A DNA stretch of 64,000 bases, taken from assembly GCA_002336485.1 (NCBI GenBank), contig DDCZ01000048.1, positions 115,801 to 179,800 of the forward strand. Direction: 5' to 3'. The translations under genes and the position numbers were made by a program. Of this stretch, positions 17,490 to 26,772 are shown piece by piece; positions within the stretch are counted from its first letter, which is position 1, and each line of letters opens with the position of its first letter. Below the pieces are notes generated by a model that saw only the letters and a list, made by a program, of their open reading frames with translations, did not search any database and was not told where the DNA came from. Source of the stretch: Flavobacteriales bacterium UBA1993. Its GTDB lineage: Bacteria > Bacteroidota > Bacteroidia > Flavobacteriales_G > Salibacteraceae.

Positions 17490-18531
17490 TTTCTTGAGGT
17501 TTCAAGTTTTTTGAGAGGGCATTGACCTTATCGGCCAATTGGTCTAATTTTCTGAAATGCACGTAGGATTTTTTGAAGTCTCTAATGGGAAGTGCAGGGG
17601 AGCCTTGAACAACCATGCCTTCTTCTTCAATACTATTTCCGATACCAGATTGCGCGGCAATTTTCACACCATCGGCTATTGTCAAATGACCGATAATTCC
17701 GACCTGTCCGCCGATCATGCAGTTCTTTCCGATTTTGGTTGAACCTGCAATGCCCGTTTGGGCCGCGATGACAGTATTCTCGCCAATATCACAATTGTGG
17801 GCGACCTGAATGAGGTTATCCAGTTTGGCTCCTTTTCGAATAATTGTACTCCCGAGAGTGCCTCGGTCAATAGTGGTATTGGCGCCAATTTCAACATGGT
17901 CTTCCAAAACGACATTACCGACATGCACAACTTTTTGATATGTGTTTTCACTGTTTGGGGCAAAACCAAAGCCATCTCCTCCAATGACCGCTCCCGGTTG
18001 GATCATGCAATCCGCGCCAACATCACACATGCGCCCAATATGCACGTTTGAATGGATAATAGATTTTGGGCCAATTTTCACGCCTTGTTCAAGGGTTACC
18101 TTGGCATGTATTTGAGCATCCGGGCCCACACTTACACCAGCTTCAATCACAGTCATAGGCCCAACGGACGCGGATGCGTCAACGCTAGCAGACTCATGCA
18201 CATACGCACTCGGATGAATGCCAGGTTCTGGTTTTGTCATGTCGGAATAGACAGCCAGCAATTTGCTAAATGCCAATCGGGCGTCATCCACCCTGACAAG
18301 GGTTAATGTTTTTGGTAAGGGAGATTCGGGGTCGAAGGAAGAGGAAACAATTGCTATGGATGCCTTTGTTGCGTAGATGTAGTCGGTGTATGCAGGGTTT
18401 GCTAAAAAGGTCAGCGTACCTGGTTCACCGGCTTCAATTTTGGATAGCCCTGTCACCGTGGCTTCTGCTGATCCTTCAACGGTTCCATTTAATAAGTCGG
18501 CGATTGTTTGTGCAGAGAATTCCATCAGCAT
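17482..18531 (-). CDS. lpxD: UDP-3-O-acylglucosamine N-acyltransferase
   Basis: LpxD-type N-terminal domain (LTFLANPAY) followed by hexapeptide repeats; 349 aa. Confidence 0.9.
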   Translation of the reverse strand: MLMEFSAQTIADLLNGTVEGSAEATVTGLSKIEAGEPGTLTFLANPAYTDYIYATKASIAIVSSSFDPESPLPKTLTLVRVDDARLAFSKLLAVYSDMTKPEPGIHPSAYVHESASVDASASVGPMTVIEAGVSVGPDAQIHAKVTLEQGVKIGPKSIIHSNVHIGRMCDVGADCMIQPGAVIGGDGFGFAPNSENTYQKVVHVGNVVLEDHVEIGANTTIDRGTLGSTIIRKGAKLDNLIQVAHNCDIGENTVIAAQTGIAGSTKIGKNCMIGGQVGIIGHLTIADGVKIAAQSGIGNSIEEEGMVVQGSPALPIRDFKKSYVHFRKLDQLADKVNALSKNLKPQENG

Positions 18532-18574
18532 TTTAATGGCTGCAAAGGTAAATCATACCCTCCAGCCAATCACC

Positions 18575-18582
18575 CAAAAGTA
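18575..18582 (-). promoter_or_regulatory. Candidate -7 promoter box (TACTTTTG on minus strand) upstream of lpxD
   Basis: Plus strand CAAAAGTA, 44 nt upstream of the lpxD ATG, in the 102-nt gap after the HD gene. Confidence 0.3.
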
Positions 18583-18633
18583 GGGCGATCAGTCGCTTTT
18601 CTTTTCAACCGTTATTCTAGTTATTAACAGTGA

Positions 18634-19881
18634 TCAATGAACGTCGAAGTCGCTCGGGAAGTATAAGTAGTGCTTTGTCTCCATTGCTTCCATGGAAGCA
18701 AAATTGAACAAGCTTCCAGCTTGCGAAATATCAATGGCTTCCCCATTTTTCTGAAGCACCTTAATGCCCTCATTGTCTTTGTTATAGGCAGTGTTGGAAA
18801 CGGATTTTTGAAAAATGATATACTGTACTTCGTTTGCAGACAGACCGGTCTTTGTCGCATATTTGGACCTAAGTTCTTCCATTTCCCCTTCGCTGTAAAG
18901 CGTCTGGAGCTGTTTCGTTTTTAGCAGTTTTCTCGAAACCAACCTCGTGCACATGGTGCTGAGAATTACGTCGTCCGAATTGCACCATTCCTTTATGCAA
19001 GACATCACATCGAAGTCGTCCAACTCAAGGAAATTTTTGAGCGATTCATTATTCGTCATGTCACTGATCCCACTTCCTTGTTTCAGAAAGTATGTCAACG
19101 GCCTTGTCGCATATAGGTCGGACCCCGTATGGAACAATTCTTTGGCTCGAAGCAAAATATTCATGAGCAAGAACTCGGCGCTTACAACCGTTTTGTGCAA
19201 ATACACTTGCCAGTACATGAGCCTTCGTGCGAGGAGAAATTTTTCCAAGGAATAAATACCCTTTGCCTCAACAACAAGTTCGCCTTCATGCAATGTCATC
19301 ATCTTAATTAGACGCTCAGATCCAATTACTCCTTCCGAAACCCCAGTGAAGAAACTGTCGCGTTTCAAGTAGTCGAGTCGGTCTGTATCGAGCTGGCTAC
19401 TGACGAGCTGGTGTAAGAAATTAACTGGGTGTAACCCTGTGAATATGGCGATAGCTCTATCCAATCGACCGTCAAACTCTTCGTTTAATTGCTCCATTAC
19501 GAGCAAACCAATGCGCTCATGGTGCGTGCCTGAAACAATGGTTTTCTCCAAGGCATGTGAGTAAGGTCCATGTCCTATATCGTGAAGCAAAATCGCAGCT
19601 TTTGCAGCTTGTTCATCCTCAGGGCTGATCTCGAACCCTTTGCTACGTAGCACTTGTATCGCACTCTTCATGAGATTCATGGCGCCCAGTGCGTGCTGAA
19701 ATCTACTATGATTAGCGCCCGAGTAGACCAGGTTTGTTAACCCCAATTGACTTATACGACGTAAGCGCTGAAAGTAGGGGTGTTCGAGGATTTCAAAAAT
19801 CAACTCATCCTCAATCGTAATAAATCCGTAGATCGGGTCGTTAAATGTCTTCAGTGATTTCAAATGGGCTGTTTCTCTCAC
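18634..19881 (-). CDS. HD-domain phosphohydrolase (dNTP triphosphohydrolase-like)
   Basis: HSRFQHALGA, LLHDIGHGPYSH and DRLDYLKRD motifs; 415 aa. GTG start at 19881. Confidence 0.8.
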   Translation of the reverse strand: MRETAHLKSLKTFNDPIYGFITIEDELIFEILEHPYFQRLRRISQLGLTNLVYSGANHSRFQHALGAMNLMKSAIQVLRSKGFEISPEDEQAAKAAILLHDIGHGPYSHALEKTIVSGTHHERIGLLVMEQLNEEFDGRLDRAIAIFTGLHPVNFLHQLVSSQLDTDRLDYLKRDSFFTGVSEGVIGSERLIKMMTLHEGELVVEAKGIYSLEKFLLARRLMYWQVYLHKTVVSAEFLLMNILLRAKELFHTGSDLYATRPLTYFLKQGSGISDMTNNESLKNFLELDDFDVMSCIKEWCNSDDVILSTMCTRLVSRKLLKTKQLQTLYSEGEMEELRSKYATKTGLSANEVQYIIFQKSVSNTAYNKDNEGIKVLQKNGEAIDISQAGSLFNFASMEAMETKHYLYFPSDFDVH

Positions 19882-19913
19882 GTATTGAGACTTTTCTCTG
19901 ACAAAAAATCATG

Positions 19914-19921
19914 TAGGTTTG
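19914..19921 (+). promoter_or_regulatory. Candidate -7 promoter box (TAGGTTTG) upstream of porX
   Basis: Exact TAnnTTTG match ending 22 nt upstream of the ATG at 19944. Confidence 0.4.
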
Positions 19922-19943
19922 ACCACGAAGATAAACGCAACTT

Positions 19944-21503
19944 ATGAGCAACAACCAGGTTAAGATATTATGGGCCGACGACGAGATCGATTTGTTGAAG
20001 CCACACATCATATTTTTAGAGAATAAAGGTTACAGTGTAACCGCCGTAAGCTCAGGAGTAGAGGCCATCGATGAAGTGCGCGACAATACGTTTGATGCTG
20101 TGTTTTTAGATGAAAACATGCCTGGAGTTTCAGGATTAGAAGCCCTGGCTCAAATTAAGACCCTTCAGCCGAATATTCCAGTGATTATGATCACGAAGAA
20201 CGAAGAGGAGTCGATTATGGAAGATGCTATCGGATCGAAAATATCCGATTATCTCATTAAGCCTGTTAACCCGAATCAGATCTTACTCAGCTTAAAAAAG
20301 AATCTAGATAGCAAACGTCTCGTCAGTGAGCGAACGTCTTCAAGCTATCAGCAGGAGTTTCGGGAAATTGGGATGCGACTCAACGATCGCTTGGATTGGC
20401 AAGAGTGGATGGACCTCTACAAGCAAATTGTTTTTTGGGATTTAGAGCTGCAAAAAGGAGGTGATCCAAGCATGCAGGAAATTCTGAGCATGCAAAAGGA
20501 TGAGGCCAATGATCAATTTTCACGCTTCATTGAAGATAATTACGTCGACTGGATTCGCGGCGACAAGTCGGAGCGTCCAGAGATGGTACACACGGTATTT
20601 AAGAATTGGGTGGTTCCCGAACTTTCGGATGATCGCCCATTGTTTTTTGTAGTCATCGATAATCTCCGACTTGATCAATGGAAAACGATTCAGAGCGTGA
20701 TTGAGGAAGATTTTAGAATTGACGAAGAACGCACGCTTCTGAGCATTTTGCCAACGGCAACGCAGTATGCTCGAAACGCGCTTTTTGCTGGACTTATGCC
20801 AAGCGAAATTCAAAAGCAACATCCAAAACTTTGGCTGAATGACGAGGATGAGGGCGGGAAAAACATGCATGAGGAAGAGCTGTTGGTTGCTCAACTAAGG
20901 CGATTAGGCAAACCATTGAAACACAGCTATGCAAAAATTACGAATCACAACTTCGGAAAGAAAGTACTTGACAATATTCACTCCTTAGCCAAAAACGACC
21001 TTAATGTAATCGTCTACAATTTCGTTGATATGCTTAGCCATGCCAGAACGGAAATGGAAGTTATTCGAGAGTTGGCAGATGATGAACCAGCATATCGATC
21101 ACTCACGCAAAGTTGGTTTGAGCATTCCACGCTGCGCGATATCATGAAAGAGATTCGGGCGATGGGAGCCAAAATGGTGATCACTACCGATCATGGAACC
21201 ATACACGTGAAGCACCCAATTAAAGTTGTTGGAGATAGAAACACGAATTCTAATCTCCGATACAAGACTGGTCGGAATCTGAACTACAGCGCCAAAGAGG
21301 TGTTTGAGGTGGTGAATCCGCATGACGCGTATCTCCCGAAAACAAACATGAGCAGCCGCTACATCTTTGCACGAACAAACGATTTTTTCGCCTATCCAAA
21401 TAACTACAATCACTACGTGAAGTATTATCGGGATACCTTCCAGCACGGCGGTATTTCGCTCGAGGAAATGGTCATTCCTTTTATTGTTTGCTCTCCAAAA
21501 TAG
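19944..21503 (+). CDS. porX: Response regulator with PglZ (alkaline-phosphatase-like) output domain, PorX type (T9SS regulator)
   Basis: CheY-like receiver with ILWADDEIDLLKPHIIFLENKGY (characteristic PorX N-terminus) plus a C-terminal PglZ-like region of about 380 aa; 519 aa. Confidence 0.85.
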   Translation: MSNNQVKILWADDEIDLLKPHIIFLENKGYSVTAVSSGVEAIDEVRDNTFDAVFLDENMPGVSGLEALAQIKTLQPNIPVIMITKNEEESIMEDAIGSKISDYLIKPVNPNQILLSLKKNLDSKRLVSERTSSSYQQEFREIGMRLNDRLDWQEWMDLYKQIVFWDLELQKGGDPSMQEILSMQKDEANDQFSRFIEDNYVDWIRGDKSERPEMVHTVFKNWVVPELSDDRPLFFVVIDNLRLDQWKTIQSVIEEDFRIDEERTLLSILPTATQYARNALFAGLMPSEIQKQHPKLWLNDEDEGGKNMHEEELLVAQLRRLGKPLKHSYAKITNHNFGKKVLDNIHSLAKNDLNVIVYNFVDMLSHARTEMEVIRELADDEPAYRSLTQSWFEHSTLRDIMKEIRAMGAKMVITTDHGTIHVKHPIKVVGDRNTNSNLRYKTGRNLNYSAKEVFEVVNPHDAYLPKTNMSSRYIFARTNDFFAYPNNYNHYVKYYRDTFQHGGISLEEMVIPFIVCSPK

Positions 21504-21566
21504 AATAGGCTAAACTTCGCATCAAAATCTGGCTGATATTTGCAGTATCTTAGAGCAATCTAACTG

Positions 21567-21995
21567 ATGCATGTAACCTTAACCGTTTCAACCCCTGACC
21601 AAAGCCAATTGGTCTCTGAAGCCATTCAACCATTTTTAAAAGACAGCAATGTTTTTTGCTTTCATGGTGACCTCGGCGCAGGTAAAACGACCTTCATTAA
21701 ATCCATTTGCAAGGACCTCGGCGTTACATCAAATACGAGTAGCCCAACATTTTCGATTGTAAATGAGTATGAATCAAATGCTGGAATGAAGATTTTGCAT
21801 TTTGATCTTTATCGGTTGAATAATCCGCAAGAACTCTACGACATAGGCTGGTATGACTATTTAAGTGAGGCTGATCTTTTACTAATTGAATGGCCTGAAA
21901 TGGGGGGCGAGCTTATTCCTGAAGAAGCGGTGCATGTGCATATAGAGCAACAAGAAAACGAGACACGTATCATCTCAATAACCAACGAAAAATGA
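21567..21995 (+). CDS. tsaE: tRNA t6A37 biosynthesis ATPase TsaE
   Basis: GDLGAGKTTF P-loop, HFDLYRL, LIEWPE motifs; 142 aa. Confidence 0.85.
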   Translation: MHVTLTVSTPDQSQLVSEAIQPFLKDSNVFCFHGDLGAGKTTFIKSICKDLGVTSNTSSPTFSIVNEYESNAGMKILHFDLYRLNNPQELYDIGWYDYLSEADLLLIEWPEMGGELIPEEAVHVHIEQQENETRIISITNEK

Positions 21996-23209
21996 GTCCA
22001 TCTAAACAAACCCAAAAGGCACTATCTGAATCGGCCATGATGTTGCCACTTGAGCAGCTGCAAGCCGTTGGAAGAAATAAGAAGCAACTCTACATCGGCC
22101 TTCCTAAGGAAGTTTCAATGCAGGAGAATAGGGTGGCATTGGTTCCAGAAGCGGTCCAACTGCTGGTCAACAACGGACATCGAGTAGTGGTGGAAAAGGA
22201 CGCGGGGAAGGCAAGTAACTTTTCAGATACTGAGTATAGTGAGGCGGGTGCGGAAATCGCGTATAGCACGGAAGCAGTTTATGAGGCGGATCTAATCTTA
22301 AAAGTTGAACCTATTTCTGATGAAGAAATGGAGTTTTTAAAACCCAAGCAGGTTTTAATTTCTGCAATGCAGCTGAATGTTCAACCGAAAAATTACATCA
22401 AGAATTTGATGGCGAAGCGAGTTACAGCGATTGCCTGGGATTACATTGCAGATGAAGACGGCATATTGCCAATCGTGCGCAGTATGGGTGAGATTGCAGG
22501 AACTACTTCGATTTTGATTGCGGCCGAATACTTAAGTAACCTAAAAGGTCAAGGAATCATGCTTGGTGGAATAACCGGAGTGGCGCCTACACAAGTCGCG
22601 ATAATCGGTGCTGGAACTGTCGGGGAATACGCCACCCGTGCCGCACTTGGATTGGGAGCCGATGTGCGTGTGTTTGATAATTCGATCACCCGACTTCGAC
22701 GGCTGCAGAATAGTATTGGTCAACGTGTTTCCACCTCAACCATTCAACCAAAAATCCTAGCAAAAGCGCTCATGCGCGCCGATGTGGTTATTGGAGCAGT
22801 TCGCAGTACATCGGGTCGAACTCCGTGTTACGTTTCTGAGGAAATGGTTCGGAATATGAAACCTTCCAGTGTAATCGTGGATGTAAGCATTGATCAAGGA
22901 GGCTGTTTTGAGACTTCGCGAATTACCACACATGATAATCCTTCATACGTGGTACATGATGTGATACATTATTGTGTTCCAAATATTGCGTCGAGGGCAA
23001 GCAGAACAGCCTCTCATGCCTTGAGCAACGTGATGACACCAATAGCCATGCATGTGAGCGAAGAAGGAGGTATCGAGAATACGATCCGGAATCATCGTGG
23101 AATTCAGAATGGAGTGTATCTATATAATGGAACGCTTACAAATCGCTACTTGGGAGAGTCACTGAAGCTTCCGTTCAAAGATTTGAAACTGCTATTGGCA
23201 GCCTTCTGA
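21992..23209 (+). CDS. ald: Alanine dehydrogenase / PNT-family NAD-dependent dehydrogenase
   Basis: ENRVALVPE N-terminal domain and Rossmann motif IIGAGTVGEYA; 405 aa. ATGA overlap with tsaE. Confidence 0.75.
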   Translation: MSPSKQTQKALSESAMMLPLEQLQAVGRNKKQLYIGLPKEVSMQENRVALVPEAVQLLVNNGHRVVVEKDAGKASNFSDTEYSEAGAEIAYSTEAVYEADLILKVEPISDEEMEFLKPKQVLISAMQLNVQPKNYIKNLMAKRVTAIAWDYIADEDGILPIVRSMGEIAGTTSILIAAEYLSNLKGQGIMLGGITGVAPTQVAIIGAGTVGEYATRAALGLGADVRVFDNSITRLRRLQNSIGQRVSTSTIQPKILAKALMRADVVIGAVRSTSGRTPCYVSEEMVRNMKPSSVIVDVSIDQGGCFETSRITTHDNPSYVVHDVIHYCVPNIASRASRTASHALSNVMTPIAMHVSEEGGIENTIRNHRGIQNGVYLYNGTLTNRYLGESLKLPFKDLKLLLAAF

Positions 23210-23211
23210 CG

Positions 23212-23628
23212 CTATTCTATTATGATCTCTACGCTGTATTTTTCAGCGGTACCATAATTCGCATCTGCTCCGTAATCCACCTTAACCAAGGTGATTAGAA
23301 AGTCATCATAATAAGCCTGAAAGGGAACTCTAAGTTGTGTGCCTGAAAGTAGGTTTCCATTGCCGAGTTCAAGCTTTGTGTCTTCGTCAATTTTTAATTC
23401 GATGATGGCACGACCTTCCCAAGCACAAATAGAATTAGGAGGGCATCGCGATTCTTCAACAAGGGTGAGAAATTCAATTTCAAAGTTGGTTTTCCCATCT
23501 TCGAATGTTGCCGATTTTCCAAAGGGAATAACCGTGTTCTCATTCTTTCCGAATGTGTCAGTTGGTTTGTTGCAACCCGCTATTACTAGGGCGATGGTAC
23601 ATCCAATGAGGAAGAGTGAGTGTTTCAT
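23212..23628 (-). CDS. Hypothetical lipoprotein (138 aa) with ESRCP...CxWxG motif
   Basis: Signal peptide ending in lipobox IAGC. No enzymatic motif. Confidence 0.6.
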   Translation of the reverse strand: MKHSLFLIGCTIALVIAGCNKPTDTFGKNENTVIPFGKSATFEDGKTNFEIEFLTLVEESRCPPNSICAWEGRAIIELKIDEDTKLELGNGNLLSGTQLRVPFQAYYDDFLITLVKVDYGADANYGTAEKYSVEIIIE

Positions 23629-23707
23629 AGAAAAATAATGTTCAACTTTTAATAAAGACGTAACTCAATACAACGAGGAGGATTAGAATCTATAAAACCT
23701 CACTTAG

Positions 23708-24205
23708 TTATTCAACTCTACGCAACTTTAGGAAAACATATTCTGTGTTTGGAAACCGGTTTTCTAAAAAAACTTCTTCCTTATTTCCTGGACGTTTGTA
23801 CCCCGATTCTCCATTGGAAAACACTAAATCCCAATCTACACTATCCATTGTGATTTTGTAGAATACACCAGGAAACTTTTGCCTTTTTTCCTTAATGAGC
23901 CACGCACCTGAATAATTCATGAGGCTATCAATTTGGCAAAGACTGTCATCAAAATTAATATTGAAATTTATTTCAAACTCATCCTGAGTATATACAGCGG
24001 TACCCAAATTTCCTAAACTATCACTGAACGTTTCATAGCCTTTTGTGCATGGTATTTTTAACTCGATATAATATCTTGCAATTTCCCAAGTACCAATTAG
24101 TGACTTTTGGGCGCTTTTTTCACCACATGCGGATAAAAGGATTACAGCAAAGACTGAATAGAGAATCAGGTACTTTAAGTTATGTGTTGATATGCCCATT
24201 ATCAT
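23708..24205 (-). CDS. Hypothetical lipoprotein (lipocalin-like GTWE motif)
   Basis: Signal peptide with lipobox LSAC followed by LIGTWEI. 4-nt overlap with the upstream gene. Confidence 0.6.
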   Translation of the reverse strand: MIMGISTHNLKYLILYSVFAVILLSACGEKSAQKSLIGTWEIARYYIELKIPCTKGYETFSDSLGNLGTAVYTQDEFEINFNINFDDSLCQIDSLMNYSGAWLIKEKRQKFPGVFYKITMDSVDWDLVFSNGESGYKRPGNKEEVFLENRFPNTEYVFLKLRRVE

Positions 24206-25008
24206 GAACCAATTGTTGCGACACCAAAGTCGAGATATATGGTGTCAAAATATGGACAGCCGTTGGCTGGAACTCCGATTCGATGATAGTTCTCCTGGGT
24301 ACCATCAGATGGGACAAACGATTTTCGAAAATCATCCATGGAAAACCCATAGTGAATAAACTTAGTGTCGTTTTCATTTAGGATGGAGCTCCGATCAAGG
24401 GAGGTATTTATGGAGACTGTGTCGATGCTTCCTTGCAGTTTTCGAGCAATAATGTTTGTCCAAATATTTTGAGAAGTATCCCTGACGGTAATCGTCCAAT
24501 TGCCATTTTTAATTTCCGGGAAGTGAAGGTAAAGTGAATCGTTATCAGTTGGGTTTGCATTTGAGATAATGAGCACTATTTTATAGTTCGTGCTTGTACA
24601 GATGTCCCTATTTAATTCTTCGTACCAAGGCAAAGCGATGATTGCTCTTGAAGGATCGGCTCCTCTACTAGGTGTATAGGAGAACATTCCTACATATGAG
24701 TCCTCAACAATACACGGGCTGCCAGTTTTTAAATATGAAAGGTCAAAGCGACCATTATCGTCCGTAAACCCTGAAGCTAATTCGGTTGACTTCCAAGCGC
24801 AACCAGGATTCGGAAACAATTCACTTATGAATCCAGACATCCCATATAGGCCAATAGGGCTATTTCGCGCGGGTACAGTTCCATTACTTCTATAAAGCGT
24901 TCCCTGCCATGGTACCCTTTCTTCTGGATTAGGGCCAGGTTCATTTTGGAAATTACAGCCTGAAATGAACATGCTGATAATTGCAATATGTAATATGGGA
25001 GCACGCAT
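24202..25008 (-). CDS. Hypothetical lipoprotein with carboxypeptidase-regulatory-like N-terminal segment
   Basis: Lipobox ISGC. GFTDDNGRFDL resembles CarboxypepD_reg-type beta-sandwich domains. The rest is unassigned. Confidence 0.6.
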   Translation of the reverse strand: MRAPILHIAIISMFISGCNFQNEPGPNPEERVPWQGTLYRSNGTVPARNSPIGLYGMSGFISELFPNPGCAWKSTELASGFTDDNGRFDLSYLKTGSPCIVEDSYVGMFSYTPSRGADPSRAIIALPWYEELNRDICTSTNYKIVLIISNANPTDNDSLYLHFPEIKNGNWTITVRDTSQNIWTNIIARKLQGSIDTVSINTSLDRSSILNENDTKFIHYGFSMDDFRKSFVPSDGTQENYHRIGVPANGCPYFDTIYLDFGVATIGS

Positions 25009-25078
25009 TATCCGAAATGAATAACGATAAAGATAGAATTTTCACTGCACTGATTTAGAGCAGCGGGCAACAACTATG

Positions 25079-25639
25079 TCAGTTTTCCATCACCTTAGGA
25101 AAGGACAATGTCCCTTCTTTCATGCTCTTGTAGTGTCGAGCAAGGCAAGCCATCATCTTTGAAATGGATTGAATGGCCTCTTGTGTTGTATCCGAAACTT
25201 GGCGCTTCTTTAGTTTCAATAAAAGCACGCCAAACAACCCGTTCATGGCTACCTCAATATCCGTTCGTGGTCGGCCGTCTGATTTCGATTTTAACGCATC
25301 TAATCCTGGCGTGGCGTCATTGATCAATGCCTTGTATTCTTTGTCTTGGTAAACCGTGAGCATAGAATGATGTAGGTATTGAATTTCAGACATTACTTCG
25401 CCCAGCTCAGCCAGATGACCTTGGTCTCGAATTCCTTCAGTTGCCATTTGGTCAATGAGGCCTTCATACCAGCGCACCATTTCTGATTCCGCCTCTGGGT
25501 TTAGCTTGAACGAGTCAATCACGTTTTCCTTGATGTCTTCAATATTAAAATTGAATGAGCGGATCAACTCCTCAATGTGCCACATATAAAGGACATACTC
25601 AACTATGTTGCTCTCCTTATATTTTAACGCGATGTACAT
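25079..25639 (-). CDS. DUF4924-like conserved hypothetical protein
   Basis: N-terminal NIVEYVLYMWHIEELIRS resembles the signature of that Bacteroidota family. The start overlaps the ompH-like stop by 1 nt (TAATG). Confidence 0.55.
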   Translation of the reverse strand: MYIALKYKESNIVEYVLYMWHIEELIRSFNFNIEDIKENVIDSFKLNPEAESEMVRWYEGLIDQMATEGIRDQGHLAELGEVMSEIQYLHHSMLTVYQDKEYKALINDATPGLDALKSKSDGRPRTDIEVAMNGLFGVLLLKLKKRQVSDTTQEAIQSISKMMACLARHYKSMKEGTLSFPKVMEN

Positions 25640-26256
25640 TATTCAGACGCAGTTTCTTCCAATTGAGTTTTGGCATACGAGCGGTTCAACGAGTCGATGA
25701 CAGTACTAGTAATGTCAAACTGTGGGTCCATGTACAGAACATCTCCAAATCCGTTGTATCCATAGATCATGTGGTAACCCATGTCGGCGGCATAAAGATC
25801 AAGGAAAGACCTTAGCTCATCATACAATCGGTCATTTTTGTCTTGCTCACTTTCCATTAATCTACCTTCCATTTGCTTCTTCTGTCCCATGAGTTCCTGC
25901 TCACGTTGCTGTAGAATCATGCCCATGCGCTGAAGCTCTTGTTCCGAAAGGTTAGCTGCACCTGCCTGTGCGTCACGATAGTCCTTTTCTAATTTATCAA
26001 GCTGGATTTTGAACGCATTTTCCGCCACGACTTTTTCCTCAATAAAGGCTTCTTCAAGGTCTTTGAAAAGTTGGTAATTGGAGAATAAACTATCGGAGTT
26101 GATATATGCAACTTTGAGGTCGCCGCCCGCCTTCGAAGCGTTCGTTTGAACTGTTGGTGATTGCTCAGGTGCGGCTTGTTCAGTAGTCGGAGCCTTGTCG
26201 TCGCAACTTGTACAGATGAAAATAAGTGAGGTAAAAAGGAGAATCGTTCGTTTCAT
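25639..26256 (-). CDS. OmpH/Skp-family periplasmic chaperone
   Basis: Signal peptide, a low-complexity linker, then a long coiled-coil region rich in E/Q/K; 205 aa. Confidence 0.7.
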   Translation of the reverse strand: MKRTILLFTSLIFICTSCDDKAPTTEQAAPEQSPTVQTNASKAGGDLKVAYINSDSLFSNYQLFKDLEEAFIEEKVVAENAFKIQLDKLEKDYRDAQAGAANLSEQELQRMGMILQQREQELMGQKKQMEGRLMESEQDKNDRLYDELRSFLDLYAADMGYHMIYGYNGFGDVLYMDPQFDITSTVIDSLNRSYAKTQLEETASE

Positions 26257-26326
26257 ATATCGTTCTTAAGCCGCGAAGATACTAAGCTGAACGAACCTGC
26301 AAGTCTGAATTCTAAACACCTTGTGC

Positions 26327-26731
26327 TTAATTCGACTGGATTTTATGATGAAGATTGAAATTGCCCAAAAGTTCCTCTCGTAAATCGAGCAAGTCATCAG
26401 CCCCGTCAGGAATAGTCCAGTTTACATTAACTGCCGAACCACCGTCGTTGATCTTCTTCATTTTGGTTAGAATGGCCAACAACGTGCGAATCGATTGACC
26501 ATTTAAATACTTGAGATCTATCTCGAGGTTGGTTGGGTTGTGCGGATGCTCCTGGTATTGTTCCAGCCATCCGATTACTTCAACAAAAAAGGCATCCACA
26601 TTTAAGGGGATAGACTGTCCACGTATTGATAGAGAACCAGTCTTCTGATCAAAATGAACTTCGGGATTAAGATTGTCTCCAATTTTATCGAGGGATTCCA
26701 TGGGTGCCATTCGGGGTTTAGACGAGTTCAT
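26327..26731 (-). CDS. DUF1987 (SiaC-like) domain protein
   Basis: NPEVHFDQKTGSLSIRGQSIPLNVDAFF..VIGWLEQY, LKYLNGQSIRTLLAIL and VNVNW match the DUF1987 pattern as I recall it. The true start may be Met8 or Met11 (26710 or 26701). Confidence 0.65.
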   Translation of the reverse strand: MNSSKPRMAPMESLDKIGDNLNPEVHFDQKTGSLSIRGQSIPLNVDAFFVEVIGWLEQYQEHPHNPTNLEIDLKYLNGQSIRTLLAILTKMKKINDGGSAVNVNWTIPDGADDLLDLREELLGNFNLHHKIQSN

Positions 26732-26772
26732 TTACGCGAAGGTTTCCAGAAGGTTTGGATTGTTAATAACTT

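Noticed and set aside
17557-18583. A chain of plus-strand ORFs and one minus-strand alternate-frame ORF across lpxD (17557-17742, 17715-17984, 17758-18051, 18052-18306, 18306-18536, 18386-18583)
   Set aside because: The hexapeptide-repeat coding sequence of lpxD keeps other frames open. None has independent support.
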